A DNA stretch of 61,607 nt, the filler included. It is 6 parts of 6 records of this genome, joined end to end, with 100 filler letters (N's around TTAATTAATTAA, not from the genome) between each part and the next. Parts side by side here need not be neighbours in the genome. Positions count along the whole stretch, not along the records: positions 1 to 13,742 come from SRR20825010_4254; 5 more parts are not named here. The stretch is one strand, 5' to 3'. The notes beneath the pieces are model-generated. The model saw only the letters and a program-made list of their open reading frames with translations, did no database searches and was not told the DNA's origin. Made by a program: the position numbers and the translations under genes. Positions 1 through 9,787 of this stretch are shown here, piece after piece; the stretch's first letter is position 1; each line of letters opens with the position of its first letter.

Positions 1-18
1 CCTGAGTTTACCGAAGGG
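1..18. repeat. Probable fragment of a Bacteroidota REP-like interspersed repeat at the contig edge
   Basis: CCTGAGTTTACCGAAGGG resembles the CCTGAGxxxGTCGAAGGG-type repeats recalled from Flavobacteria; only one copy here. Confidence 0.35.
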
Positions 19-150
19 CTCTAAGTCGAATTGTTTTTTATTTCTTCTAATTAATACTTCATAAGCTTATTATGAGGTAACTAATTTCAAATATAAGTAC
101 AGATAACACTTGTTGTTATTGACATAGGTTAATAAAACGGTATAATTTGT

Positions 151-158
151 TAACTTTG
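151..158 (+). promoter_or_regulatory. Bacteroidota -7 promoter element upstream of kmo
   Basis: TAACTTTG matches TAnnTTTG, 44 nt upstream of the ATG at 203. Confidence 0.55.
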
Positions 159-202
159 TGAAGAATCCCGCATAAGCGGGACTTTTTATATTTTATATCC
201 AC

Positions 203-1546
203 ATGCAAACGCCAAAAAAGATTGCGATTACCGGAAGCGGACTCGTAGGAAGTTTATTAGCTATTTATTTACAAAAAAAAGGACATCAGGTTGACGTGTT
301 TGATAGACGACCAGATATTAGAACGATGGAGTTTTCTGGGAGGTCTATTAACTTGGCTATGTCTACGCGTGGATGGAAAGCGTTAGAAACCATAGGAATT
401 GATGCTCCCATCAAAGAAATAGCTATTCCAATGGATAAAAGAGCAATTCATACGCCTAATAAACCAGTGTATTTTCAATATTATGGAAAAGAAGGCGAAG
501 CTATTTATTCTATTTCTAGAGGGATATTAAATAAAAAAATGATTGATTTAGCTGAAGAGGCTGGTGTAAATTTTGTTTTTAATTCTAAAGTGTGGGATGT
601 TTCTCTTTCCGACGCTATTATTTATACTGGAGAAACAGAAAAAGGGGAGTGGGAAGCACATCCATATGATATAGTTTTTGGAGCTGATGGTGCTTTTTCT
701 AGAATCCGACATAAAATGCAACGGCGTAGTATGTTTAATTACAGTCAGCATTTTTTAAAAACAGGGTATAAAGAGTTGAGTATTCCTGCAAATCCAGATG
801 GAACTCATAAATTAAATGATAATTCTCTTCATATCTGGCCTAGAGGCGAGTTTATGCTTATAGCGCTCCCCAATTTGGATGGAAGTTTTACGTGTACATT
901 ATTTATGCCAATTGAGGGAGAAATTTCTTTTGAAGGGTTAGATACCGAAGAAAAGTTAGAAGCTTTTTTTATAAAGCATTTTGAAGATGCGGTGGATGTA
1001 ATTCCAGATTTAATAAAAGATTTTTTTAAAAACCCAACAAGCTCTTTGGTAACTATTAAGTGTGAGCCTTGGAGTTATTGGGATAAAGTAGCCTTAATTG
1101 GAGATGCAGCTCATGCTATTGTACCGTTTTATGGACAAGGAATGAATGCTGGTTTTGAAGATATTACTGTTTTAAATGAGCTTATTGAAAAGTATGGGGA
1201 TGATTGGCATACTATTTTTAATGAATATGAAGCTTCTCGAAAACCCAATACTGATGCAATTGCAGAATTGAGTTATAGGAATTTTGTAGAAATGAGTTCT
1301 AAAACTGCTGATGAAAACTTCTTGTTGAGAAAGAAAATAGAAAAACATTTTTCTGATAAGCATCCAGAAAAATGGATGCCTTTGTACAGTAGGGTTACTT
1401 TTTCTGAACATCCTTATTCTGAAGCGCTTCGTGTGGGAGATTTTCAGAAGGAAATTATGGATGAAATTATGAAAATGGAAAACATCAAAGAAAAATGGGA
1501 TAGTGAAGAGATAGAGAATGCTATCTTAGAAAAATTATCAAAATAA
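203..1546 (+). CDS. kmo: Kynurenine 3-monooxygenase (FAD-dependent)
   Basis: GSGLVG Rossmann motif, GRSINLAMS, GADGAFS, LHIWPRG and GDAAHAIVPFYGQGMNAGFED, all typical of KMO. Confidence 0.93.
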   Translation: MQTPKKIAITGSGLVGSLLAIYLQKKGHQVDVFDRRPDIRTMEFSGRSINLAMSTRGWKALETIGIDAPIKEIAIPMDKRAIHTPNKPVYFQYYGKEGEAIYSISRGILNKKMIDLAEEAGVNFVFNSKVWDVSLSDAIIYTGETEKGEWEAHPYDIVFGADGAFSRIRHKMQRRSMFNYSQHFLKTGYKELSIPANPDGTHKLNDNSLHIWPRGEFMLIALPNLDGSFTCTLFMPIEGEISFEGLDTEEKLEAFFIKHFEDAVDVIPDLIKDFFKNPTSSLVTIKCEPWSYWDKVALIGDAAHAIVPFYGQGMNAGFEDITVLNELIEKYGDDWHTIFNEYEASRKPNTDAIAELSYRNFVEMSSKTADENFLLRKKIEKHFSDKHPEKWMPLYSRVTFSEHPYSEALRVGDFQKEIMDEIMKMENIKEKWDSEEIENAILEKLSK

Positions 1547-1893
1547 TGAGTCTGATAAACTACAACAATAGGGTTTTTAAAGCCATTTCAAATTCTGAAA
1601 ACGGACAAACATCCAAAGAAACTATTTTTTATTACAAACAAGAAGGAAATATTCTAACAGCTACATATAGTGGAGGAGTAATTTTAAAAGGGCATTTAAT
1701 TGGTCTCGTAAATGAAGCTGGAGTGATAGATATGCGTTATCATCAAATTGATATCAATGGAGATATAAAAACTGGTAAATGTATCTCAATACCAGAGGTT
1801 TTAGAAAATGGACGTGTAAAGCTTCATGAAAGTTGGGAATGGACTTCTGATGATTTTTCTAAAGGAACATCTATAATTGAGGAGGTAATTTAA
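1546..1893 (+). CDS. Small conserved beta-rich protein (family often mislabelled 'N-acetylglutamate synthase'), translationally coupled to kmo
   Basis: TAATG stop/start overlap; NSENGQTS...YSGG...GHLIG...E-x-W-x-W pattern. Confidence 0.7.
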   Translation: MSLINYNNRVFKAISNSENGQTSKETIFYYKQEGNILTATYSGGVILKGHLIGLVNEAGVIDMRYHQIDINGDIKTGKCISIPEVLENGRVKLHESWEWTSDDFSKGTSIIEEVI

Positions 1894-2024
1894 AGATTCT
1901 AAAACCGTTAAATTCTATTTAATTAGCCTTGAAAACTCTAATATTTTCAATACATTTAATAAGAGATATTAATTATTTAAGAATAATAGAAATTAACGTA
2001 TCTTGATATTTTAATTTTAAAACT

Positions 2025-2672
2025 ATGGAAATTCTCGTAATTGGTGCTACAGGAAGAACAGGTCGGCATATTGTAAAGTTGGCAGTTAATGAAGGGCATC
2101 GTGTAACTGTTTTTGTTCGTTCTCCAGAAAAACTGGATAGACCTCAAACAGGAGTGAAAGTAGTTCATGGAGATGCTCTAGATGAGGTTGCTATAAAAAA
2201 CCTTATTTGTAATAATAATTTTGAGGCAGTGGTTATAGCTGTTGGAGCGGATAGTCTCAAGTGCTCGTCGGTACGTACTGAAAGCACCAAAAATATAATA
2301 GCAGCTTTAGAGGCTCGAAATAGTAACGCCCGTGTGTGGATAATGAGTTCTGCGGGGGTTAACGAGAGTATAGATCAATTAGGTTTTCTAAGTAAAGCGT
2401 TTGCAAAAACAATATTGAAAGGGCATATTTTTGACCATTCTAATCAGGAAAAATTAGTGAGAGGGAGTGCTTTACCTTATACAATAATTAGACCTATGGG
2501 GCTGAAAGATGAAACTTTTGAAACCCCTAATTATATTGTTTTAGAGAAAGGAAGAGTTCCTACAAATCATATTTCTAGACTTGATGTTGCTCATTTTATT
2601 ATTGATAATATAAATAATCCAGCATATTTAGGGAAAGCAGTTACTCTCTGCGATGCTCCAGAAAAAGTATAG
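2025..2672 (+). CDS. NAD(P)-binding oxidoreductase (flavin reductase/BVR-B-like atypical SDR)
   Basis: GATGRTG, VRSPEK, YTIIRP and ISRLDVA motifs. Confidence 0.85.
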   Translation: MEILVIGATGRTGRHIVKLAVNEGHRVTVFVRSPEKLDRPQTGVKVVHGDALDEVAIKNLICNNNFEAVVIAVGADSLKCSSVRTESTKNIIAALEARNSNARVWIMSSAGVNESIDQLGFLSKAFAKTILKGHIFDHSNQEKLVRGSALPYTIIRPMGLKDETFETPNYIVLEKGRVPTNHISRLDVAHFIIDNINNPAYLGKAVTLCDAPEKV

Positions 2673-2674
2673 TC

Positions 2675-4513
2675 TTATTGATATCCTGAAGCTTGTAATG
2701 AGAAAAGCTCGGCGTATAAACTCTCGTTATTCATTAAAGCTTCATGTGTTCCAATTTCATGAACTTTCCCATCTTTCAAAACTAAAATAGTATCTGCCAT
2801 TCTTACGGTACTAAATCGGTGGGAGATAATAATGCTTGTTTTTCCTTTTGTAAGTCCTATAAAGCGTTCAAATACATCAAACTCTGCTTTTGCATCGAGG
2901 GCAGAGGTAGGTTCGTCTAAAATTAAAACATCGGCGTCTTTCATATAAGCTCTAGCGAGTGCTATTTTTTGCCATTGTCCGCCAGATAATTCTTGCCCTT
3001 TATTAAATCGTTTTCCTAATTGCTGATTGTATCCTTTTTTGAGTTCACTAACTACCTCCGAAGCTAAGCTTTGTACCGCAGCTTTTTCTATACGGTCTTG
3101 ATTTTCAATTTCATCAATTTTCCCTACTGCAATATTTTCTTTAACGGTAAATTCATATTTAAAGAAATCTTGAAATATTACTCCAAATATTTTTTGATAC
3201 TCGTCTTTATTAAATCTTTTTATGTCAATACCATCTAAATATATTGTTCCAGATGTTGGCTCATAAAAGCGTAAAAATAATTTTATTAAAGTAGTTTTTC
3301 CCGCTCCATTTTGTCCCACAAAAGCCATTTTTTCACCTGCCTTTAGTTTAAATGAGATTCCTTTTAAAACATGTTCTTTATTTCCAGGGTATTTAAAGCT
3401 TACATCTTCTAAAACAAAACCTTCTTTAATAGTGGAAGGAATCGGAATTTCATTAGAAGTATCTTCTTTTACTTCTATATCGATAAAATCAAAATAGTCT
3501 TTTAAGTATAAAGCACTTTGAGAAATTCTGGTAAAGCGAGTGAAAAACCCTTGTAAGTTATTTCGTAATCTATTAAAAGATCCACTTAAAAAAGTAAGTT
3601 CTCCAATAGATATATTTCCAGTTAAAACCCTATAAATAATAAGAATGTATGCAGAATAGTAGGAGAGAACCCCTAATAGATTAAATAGTGCTCCATAGGT
3701 ACTTCTTTTAACAGCCAACTTCTTATTAAGCTCGTAATACTCGTCGGATAAAACTTTAAATCTGTTGGCTACATAGTCTGTTAAACCAAAAAGCTTGATT
3801 TCTTTTGCAGTTTTGTCATTAGCTCCTACAAAACGTAAATAATCTAATTCTCGGCGTTCGGAAGTCCAACTTCTAGCCAGGGAATAGCTTTGAGAGCTAA
3901 ATTTCACTTCATTAATAAAAGAAGGGATAATACTCAAAATAAGAATGGCAATAAGAATAGGCTCAAAATAAATAAGTCCCGCAATTAAAGAAATCATACT
4001 AATAACACTTTGTACTTGTGTTAGTATGTTGGACATGAGGTTAACGCGACTTGTAGTTTGGGTGCGGGCACGCTCCAGTTTGTCATAAAAATCGGGATCT
4101 TCAAGCTGACTAATGCCTATTTCGTTAGTTTTTTTGATAATGGTTACCGAAGACTTATTGGCATATAAATCGCCTAACAAACTATCTGTTAAAGTTATTA
4201 GCCTGCTTATTAAATCGGATATTAAAGCCACAAATAATTCTAAAGCAACATATTTCCATAGGAGCGAATAGTCTTTTTCTGGCGTATTTATTTGTAAGAT
4301 AATCTCATCAATGATAAGTTTTCCCACCCAAAGTAAAATAACAGGAGCAAAGGCATTAAGGAGTCTTGCAAATGTATTTATGGAATACATAACCCTACTT
4401 GTTTTCCATATTTCTGATGAAAAACGAGGAATGTACTTAAAAGCATTAAAAGAATCTCTAATGGAGGTTTTTTCCTTTTTTTTATCTTTTAAAGATTCTA
4501 GTTTTCTAGGCAA
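2675..4513 (-). CDS. ABC exporter with fused permease and ATPase
   Basis: N-terminal TM helices, Walker A GQNGAGKT, LSGGQWQK signature, ILDEPT, SHR; TTG start. Confidence 0.92.
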   Translation of the reverse strand: MPRKLESLKDKKKEKTSIRDSFNAFKYIPRFSSEIWKTSRVMYSINTFARLLNAFAPVILLWVGKLIIDEIILQINTPEKDYSLLWKYVALELFVALISDLISRLITLTDSLLGDLYANKSSVTIIKKTNEIGISQLEDPDFYDKLERARTQTTSRVNLMSNILTQVQSVISMISLIAGLIYFEPILIAILILSIIPSFINEVKFSSQSYSLARSWTSERRELDYLRFVGANDKTAKEIKLFGLTDYVANRFKVLSDEYYELNKKLAVKRSTYGALFNLLGVLSYYSAYILIIYRVLTGNISIGELTFLSGSFNRLRNNLQGFFTRFTRISQSALYLKDYFDFIDIEVKEDTSNEIPIPSTIKEGFVLEDVSFKYPGNKEHVLKGISFKLKAGEKMAFVGQNGAGKTTLIKLFLRFYEPTSGTIYLDGIDIKRFNKDEYQKIFGVIFQDFFKYEFTVKENIAVGKIDEIENQDRIEKAAVQSLASEVVSELKKGYNQQLGKRFNKGQELSGGQWQKIALARAYMKDADVLILDEPTSALDAKAEFDVFERFIGLTKGKTSIIISHRFSTVRMADTILVLKDGKVHEIGTHEALMNNESLYAELFSLQASGYQ

Positions 4514-4584
4514 TTTTAAACTGTTTAAATATTATGAAATCTACTAAAGAGATAGCTAGTTTAAATATACAAAAGTTGAAGGAT

Positions 4585-4613
4585 AAAAAAAGCCTCGCAA
4601 ATTTGCGAGGCTT
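4585..4613 (-). terminator. Rho-independent terminator after the nif3/zinc-ribbon operon
   Basis: AAGCCTCGCAAATTTGCGAGGCTT palindrome next to an A-run (U-tract on the minus strand). Confidence 0.8.
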
Positions 4614-4633
4614 AAATTATATATCTTAGTGTT

Positions 4634-5413
4634 TTAAATAGAAGCAAAAAGATCTTCCATTTTTTGTTTTTCTTCTTCGGCAAGTGTTGGGTCTACCAAA
4701 ATTCTACCACTGTGCTCATCTGTAATAATTTTTTTACGAGATGCAATTTCCATTTGTACTTGTGGTGGAATTGTAAAGAAAGAACCTCCAGAAGCACCAC
4801 GTTCAATAGCTACAACAGCTAATCCGTTTTTAACACTTCCACGGATTCTTTTGTAAGCAGAAAGTAGTCTTTCTTCAATAAGGTCTTCATAAGAGAGACT
4901 CTTATCCATTAAAGTTTTTTCTTCTTTTTCAGTTTCCTTCAAGATATCATCAAGCTCTCCTTTTTTGTGCTTTAAATGACTTTCTCTTTCAGATAAACGC
5001 TCTTTAGATTGATTAATCACCTCTTTTTTCTGCTCAATTTGAGCTTTGAATTCTTTGATGTGTTTTTCAGCCAATTCAATTTCTAATTCCTGAAATTCAA
5101 TTTCTTTAGATAAAGAGTTGAACTCTCTATTATTACGAACATTCTTTTGTTGCTCGGTATATTTTTTAATAGAAGATTTAGACTCCTCAATAAGGTTTTT
5201 CTTATTGGCAATCTCTTGAGTGATTTCTTCAAGATTCCCGTTGAGTTTATCTAAACGTGTTCTTAAACCTTCTACTTCATCCTCTAAATCTTCAACCTCT
5301 AAAGGTAATTCACCACGAACATTTCTTATTTCATCGATTCTAGAATCGATAAGTTGCAAATCGTATAAGGTTCTTAACTTTTCTTCTACTGTTGCTTCTA
5401 TTTTCTTTGCCAT
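4634..5413 (-). CDS. Coiled-coil zinc-ribbon domain protein (DUF164/CT398-like) with a Cys-less ribbon
   Basis: LQLIDSRID start, long coiled coil, C-terminal ASGGSFFTIPPQ...ITDEHSGRIL; usual position downstream of nif3. Confidence 0.85.
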   Translation of the reverse strand: MAKKIEATVEEKLRTLYDLQLIDSRIDEIRNVRGELPLEVEDLEDEVEGLRTRLDKLNGNLEEITQEIANKKNLIEESKSSIKKYTEQQKNVRNNREFNSLSKEIEFQELEIELAEKHIKEFKAQIEQKKEVINQSKERLSERESHLKHKKGELDDILKETEKEEKTLMDKSLSYEDLIEERLLSAYKRIRGSVKNGLAVVAIERGASGGSFFTIPPQVQMEIASRKKIITDEHSGRILVDPTLAEEEKQKMEDLFASI

Positions 5414-5418
5414 ATTTT

Positions 5419-6513
5419 TTATAAATACTTGACGGGATTTGTATTACAAACTGATAAAACGACTGCAAAATTAGTGAATTTTTTTGTAAGATACTCAACT
5501 AAAAGATTTTTTGTGAACTGTTCGGTTTCATAATGACCAATATCGGCTATAATTATCTTGTTTTCAGCCTTGTAAAAGTCGTGATATTTTACATCGCCTG
5601 TAATGTAAATATCAGCTCCAGCCATGACGGCATTGGGAATTGCAAATGCTCCACTACCACCCAAAACAGCTACTTTTTTTATTTTCTTATCAATTAGTTT
5701 AGAATGCCTTACACACCCCGTTTGCATACGTTCTTTTACGAATTTAAGAAATTCTATTGGATTTTGTGCAGTTTCCAACTCTCCAATCATCCCAATACCA
5801 ATGTGTTGGTTTGTATTTTCAAGGGTTGTAACTTCATAAGCTACCTCTTCATAAGGATGATTTGCAAATAGTGTATTTAAAATTTTACTTTCTAAATGCT
5901 TTGGAAATGTAATTCCAATTTGAGTTTCTTCTTCAAAATGTGTAATTCCCTTTTCTCCAATTACTGGATTTGAAGCTTCATTTCCTTTAAAACTCCCTTT
6001 GCCTTGAATATTAAAACTACAATGGTCGTAATTTCCAATAGAACCTCCGCCTACATTAAAAAGAGCTTCTCGTAATTTGTCTGCACTATTTGTTGGAATA
6101 AATGTAATTAGTTTCTTAATAGTGCTTTTCTGCGGAATTAAAACTTTTTTATTTTTCAGTCCTAGCACATCACAAATCTTTGCGTTTACACCAACAAAAC
6201 TATTGTCTAATGCAGTATGTGGGGAATAAATGGAAATATTATTTTTAATAGCTTTTAATACCACGCGCTCTACATAATTCTTTCCCGTTATTTTTTTTAA
6301 TCCGCTAAAAATAATTGGATGAAAACTAACAATAAGATTACAATTTTTCTCAATAGCCTCATCAACAACTTCTTCAAGTGTGTCTAAACACACTAAAACA
6401 CCTGTTGTTTTCTCGGTTTTATCGCCTATAAGCAAACCTACATTGTCAAAATCTTCAGCATAAGGAAGTGGCGCAATTTCTTCTATGGCATTAATTACAT
6501 CTTGAATAAGCAT
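5419..6513 (-). CDS. Nif3-like dinuclear metal-centre hexameric protein with PII-like insert (YqfO type)
   Basis: AEDFDNVGLLIG, HPIIF, HTALD, HPYEEVAY, TGDVKYH and GHYETE motifs. ATG 6513 preferred because a TATCTTTG -7 element lies at 6529-6536. Confidence 0.92.
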   Translation of the reverse strand: MLIQDVINAIEEIAPLPYAEDFDNVGLLIGDKTEKTTGVLVCLDTLEEVVDEAIEKNCNLIVSFHPIIFSGLKKITGKNYVERVVLKAIKNNISIYSPHTALDNSFVGVNAKICDVLGLKNKKVLIPQKSTIKKLITFIPTNSADKLREALFNVGGGSIGNYDHCSFNIQGKGSFKGNEASNPVIGEKGITHFEEETQIGITFPKHLESKILNTLFANHPYEEVAYEVTTLENTNQHIGIGMIGELETAQNPIEFLKFVKERMQTGCVRHSKLIDKKIKKVAVLGGSGAFAIPNAVMAGADIYITGDVKYHDFYKAENKIIIADIGHYETEQFTKNLLVEYLTKKFTNFAVVLSVCNTNPVKYL

Positions 6514-6556
6514 ACAGTCATTTTTTTTCAAAGATAAAATATTCTAATTTCGCTTT

Positions 6557-7561
6557 ATGCGAAGATGGAGAAAATTGCTCTTACCGGTTTCATGGATATA
6601 TGGAGCTATCATTTTTTTAAGAAACTACTTATTTGATATTCAGTTTTTCAAATCGGTAAGTTACGATTTTCCTGTTATTTGTATCGGGAATGTTAGTGTT
6701 GGGGGTACTGGAAAAACTCCAATGACAGAATATATTGCTACACTTCTTCGTAAAAAATATAAAACAGCCATTTTAAGTAGGGGCTATAAACGTGCTTCTA
6801 AAGGTTTTGTTTTAGCAAATGAAAATATTTCTGTTGAAAAAATTGGAGACGAACCTTTTCAATATTTTAAGAAATTGAAAGGGGTTGCTGTTGCTGTAGA
6901 TGAAGATAGACGCCATGGAATTTCTGAATTAAAGGAAGTTTTACATCCTGAAGTTATACTTTTAGATGATGCTTTTCAACACCGAAAAGTGAAGGCTGGA
7001 TTAAATATTCTTTTAACCATGCATAACGATTTGTATACTAACGATTTTTTGCTCCCAGCTGGAAATCTCCGAGATTTGAAATCGCAGGCTAAAAGAGCGG
7101 ACGTTATTCTAGTAACTAAATGTCCGTTAGATTTTTCTTCGGAAAATCAACAACAAATAATTCAGCAATTAAAGGTACAACCTAATCAGAAAGTATTTTT
7201 TACGGGGATTAATTATAAAAATGAAGTATTTTCTAATACAAGTTCACTTTTAGTTGATACGCTTAAAGAGAAGGAAATTACAGTAGTTACAGGGATTGCA
7301 CATCCAGAACCTTTTTTGAAGTATTTGTCTGAAAAAGGATTAAGTTTTAAACATTATAAATATCCAGATCATCATAATTTCTCAGCTTCTGAAATTGAAG
7401 GTTTAAAAGAAAAGGACTTCGTCTTAACTACAGAAAAAGATTTTGTAAGATTGGAAAAACAGCTGGATAATGTTTATTATATGCCAATTGAAACTACATT
7501 TTTAAATAATAAAGAAATATTTGATACTCTTGTTTTGGGCTTTGTGGCTACAAATTCTTAA
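6557..7561 (+). CDS. lpxK: Tetraacyldisaccharide 4'-kinase
   Basis: GNVSVGGTGKTP, LSRGYKR, GDEP, LDDAFQH, LLPAGNLRD, YPDHH and TTEKD motifs. Confidence 0.96.
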   Translation: MRRWRKLLLPVSWIYGAIIFLRNYLFDIQFFKSVSYDFPVICIGNVSVGGTGKTPMTEYIATLLRKKYKTAILSRGYKRASKGFVLANENISVEKIGDEPFQYFKKLKGVAVAVDEDRRHGISELKEVLHPEVILLDDAFQHRKVKAGLNILLTMHNDLYTNDFLLPAGNLRDLKSQAKRADVILVTKCPLDFSSENQQQIIQQLKVQPNQKVFFTGINYKNEVFSNTSSLLVDTLKEKEITVVTGIAHPEPFLKYLSEKGLSFKHYKYPDHHNFSASEIEGLKEKDFVLTTEKDFVRLEKQLDNVYYMPIETTFLNNKEIFDTLVLGFVATNS

Positions 7562-9750
7562 ACTTGATTAGTGGTTTTTAAAATTGAAGCGCCAATAATT
7601 TTATAGAATAAATCTGGCTTAAAAGGTTTTGTAATAATATCATTACAGCCGTAACTAAAGAAATCGTCTGTACTTTCATCAATAGTTAATGCCGTTAACG
7701 CAATAATAGGGATATTTTTATCGAATTTTCTAATTTCTTCGGTAGCTTTTAATCCGCTAATTCCTGGCATATGGATGTCCATTAAAATAAGATCATATGT
7801 GTTTTCTTTAGCTAATTTAATAGCATCATATCCATTGTCTGCAACATCACAATTAATACCTTTCTTGGCTAGCATTTTTTTAGTAATAACTTGATTGATT
7901 TTATTGTCTTCAACTATCAAAAAGTATAAATCTTTTAAAATAGCTTCTTCAAGATCTTCAGATCCTACCTCTATAATTTCGGAAGGATCTGGGGTGGTAA
8001 ATTCAAGACTAAAATAAAATGAACTTCCCATTCCAATTTCACTTTTCACATTTATGTCGCTATTGAATAAGCTTAATAAACTTCTTACAATGGTTAATCC
8101 TAATCCTGTACCTCCATATTTTCTATTAATCTGAATAGAACCTTGAGAAAAACTTTCAAAGATATTTTGCTGCATCTCTTCAGAAATGCCTATTCCTTCA
8201 TCATTTACTTCAAAATGAATTTTATATCTTCCCTTGTCAGAATTTAGAAGTTTAGCATTTACAATAACTTTTCCGTTTTCGGTAAATTTTAAAGCATTTC
8301 CAACTAAATTAATTAAGATTTGAGAAAGTTTAAGTGGGTCTCCAATAAGTTTTTTAGGAATGTTCTCGTCAATATTTATAATAATTACATTCTTGTTCTC
8401 TTTGGCGGTTTGCCTTAGGGAATAAATAACATCTTCGAGGGTTTTATTAAAATCGAAAATTAGTTTTTCGGCAACTAACTTATTAGCGTCTATTTTATTA
8501 ATTTGTAAGATGTCATTGATAAAATCCAAGAGGTATTCTCCAGAAAACTTCAACGATTTTAGATGTTCTTTTTGACTTGCTTTAGGATCTTCTTCTAATA
8601 GTAAATGTGTCAATCCAGTTACGGCATAGAGAGGGGTGCGCAATTCGTGACTAACAGTAGATAAGAATTGACCTTTAGCTCGCATGGCTTTTTCGGCATC
8701 TTCTTTTGCTATTTGTAACTCTTTATTTTTTTTCAGTAATAAATCGTTTGTTTTAAATTTTATTTGATTGTTTCTGTATAATGAAATTGTTAAAAGAGAA
8801 ATAATAATTAACAATGCAGAACTTAAAACAGAGGTGAGTTTGGAGATGTTTACTTTTTGTTGTTGTTCAATTTCATCTTGACTCATTCTTGCAATTACAT
8901 TGTTTAGAAATTGCGCTTCGTTAGTATGAGCAGCTTCATTTTGCTTTCTTAAAATATCTGCCCCGAAATATTTTTCTTTTATGCTGTCTGCTTTTTTGTA
9001 ATATAAAAGAGCCGCATAATAATCTTCTTTTTTATTAGCAATCTGATACTTTAATAAATTAGTACCCAGTAGAATTCTTGGAAATTTTTGGCGAGCAGCA
9101 ATTCTTAGAACATTATCTAGTAAAATCCCCGCACTTTCGTAGTTACTGTCCTTCGCATAAATATTTGCCAAAACTAATTGTGAGGCAGCAGAAAGGAATT
9201 GTCTTTCATATTTATGATCTGGAGGAATCATTTTTTGAAAAATGGACTTTGCCTTGTTGTATTCTCCTAATTCATTGTGGGTAAGCCCTTCGTAAAAAAG
9301 CACACTATTTAATAAACTTTTATCGTTATAGTCAACAGCTTCTAAAGCTTCGTTTATGAGTGTATATGCTTTAGTCTTATCTTGATCTTTCGCAGCTAAA
9401 TAGGCTTCTAAAATTGCAGTAAGCGCTCTACCGTCATTATATTTATATAAACTGAGAACTTCTCTAGCTTCTTTTAAATAAATTCCTGGATTTATAGGTT
9501 TCTTGTATTGAATGTTTAGTCTTGCAGAAAGATTGTAGAAATCTACAATAGATTCAATATTATCAGAGCTAGCAGCTAGCTGAAGTCCTTTTTCTATATC
9601 TGATAGAGCCTTTTCATAATCGCCATTATTTTTATACTCATATACTCTTTTTGTGATAGATTCAAGACTATCTTTAAAGGCAATATTAGTCTGTGCACCT
9701 ATAGAAATAGATGACATTAAAAAAAAGATTATGAGGGCTACAAAGCGCAT
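7558..9750 (-). CDS. Hybrid sensor histidine kinase/response regulator with periplasmic TPR-like domain
   Basis: Signal peptide, helical repeats, one TM, SHELRTPL H-box, NALKFT, DEGIGI, GGTGLGL, receiver LMDIHMP. Confidence 0.92.
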   Translation of the reverse strand: MRFVALIIFFLMSSISIGAQTNIAFKDSLESITKRVYEYKNNGDYEKALSDIEKGLQLAASSDNIESIVDFYNLSARLNIQYKKPINPGIYLKEAREVLSLYKYNDGRALTAILEAYLAAKDQDKTKAYTLINEALEAVDYNDKSLLNSVLFYEGLTHNELGEYNKAKSIFQKMIPPDHKYERQFLSAASQLVLANIYAKDSNYESAGILLDNVLRIAARQKFPRILLGTNLLKYQIANKKEDYYAALLYYKKADSIKEKYFGADILRKQNEAAHTNEAQFLNNVIARMSQDEIEQQQKVNISKLTSVLSSALLIIISLLTISLYRNNQIKFKTNDLLLKKNKELQIAKEDAEKAMRAKGQFLSTVSHELRTPLYAVTGLTHLLLEEDPKASQKEHLKSLKFSGEYLLDFINDILQINKIDANKLVAEKLIFDFNKTLEDVIYSLRQTAKENKNVIIINIDENIPKKLIGDPLKLSQILINLVGNALKFTENGKVIVNAKLLNSDKGRYKIHFEVNDEGIGISEEMQQNIFESFSQGSIQINRKYGGTGLGLTIVRSLLSLFNSDINVKSEIGMGSSFYFSLEFTTPDPSEIIEVGSEDLEEAILKDLYFLIVEDNKINQVITKKMLAKKGINCDVADNGYDAIKLAKENTYDLILMDIHMPGISGLKATEEIRKFDKNIPIIALTALTIDESTDDFFSYGCNDIITKPFKPDLFYKIIGASILKTTNQV

Positions 9751-9787
9751 AATTACAATTAGTGCTATGCAGTAAATATAATTATTT

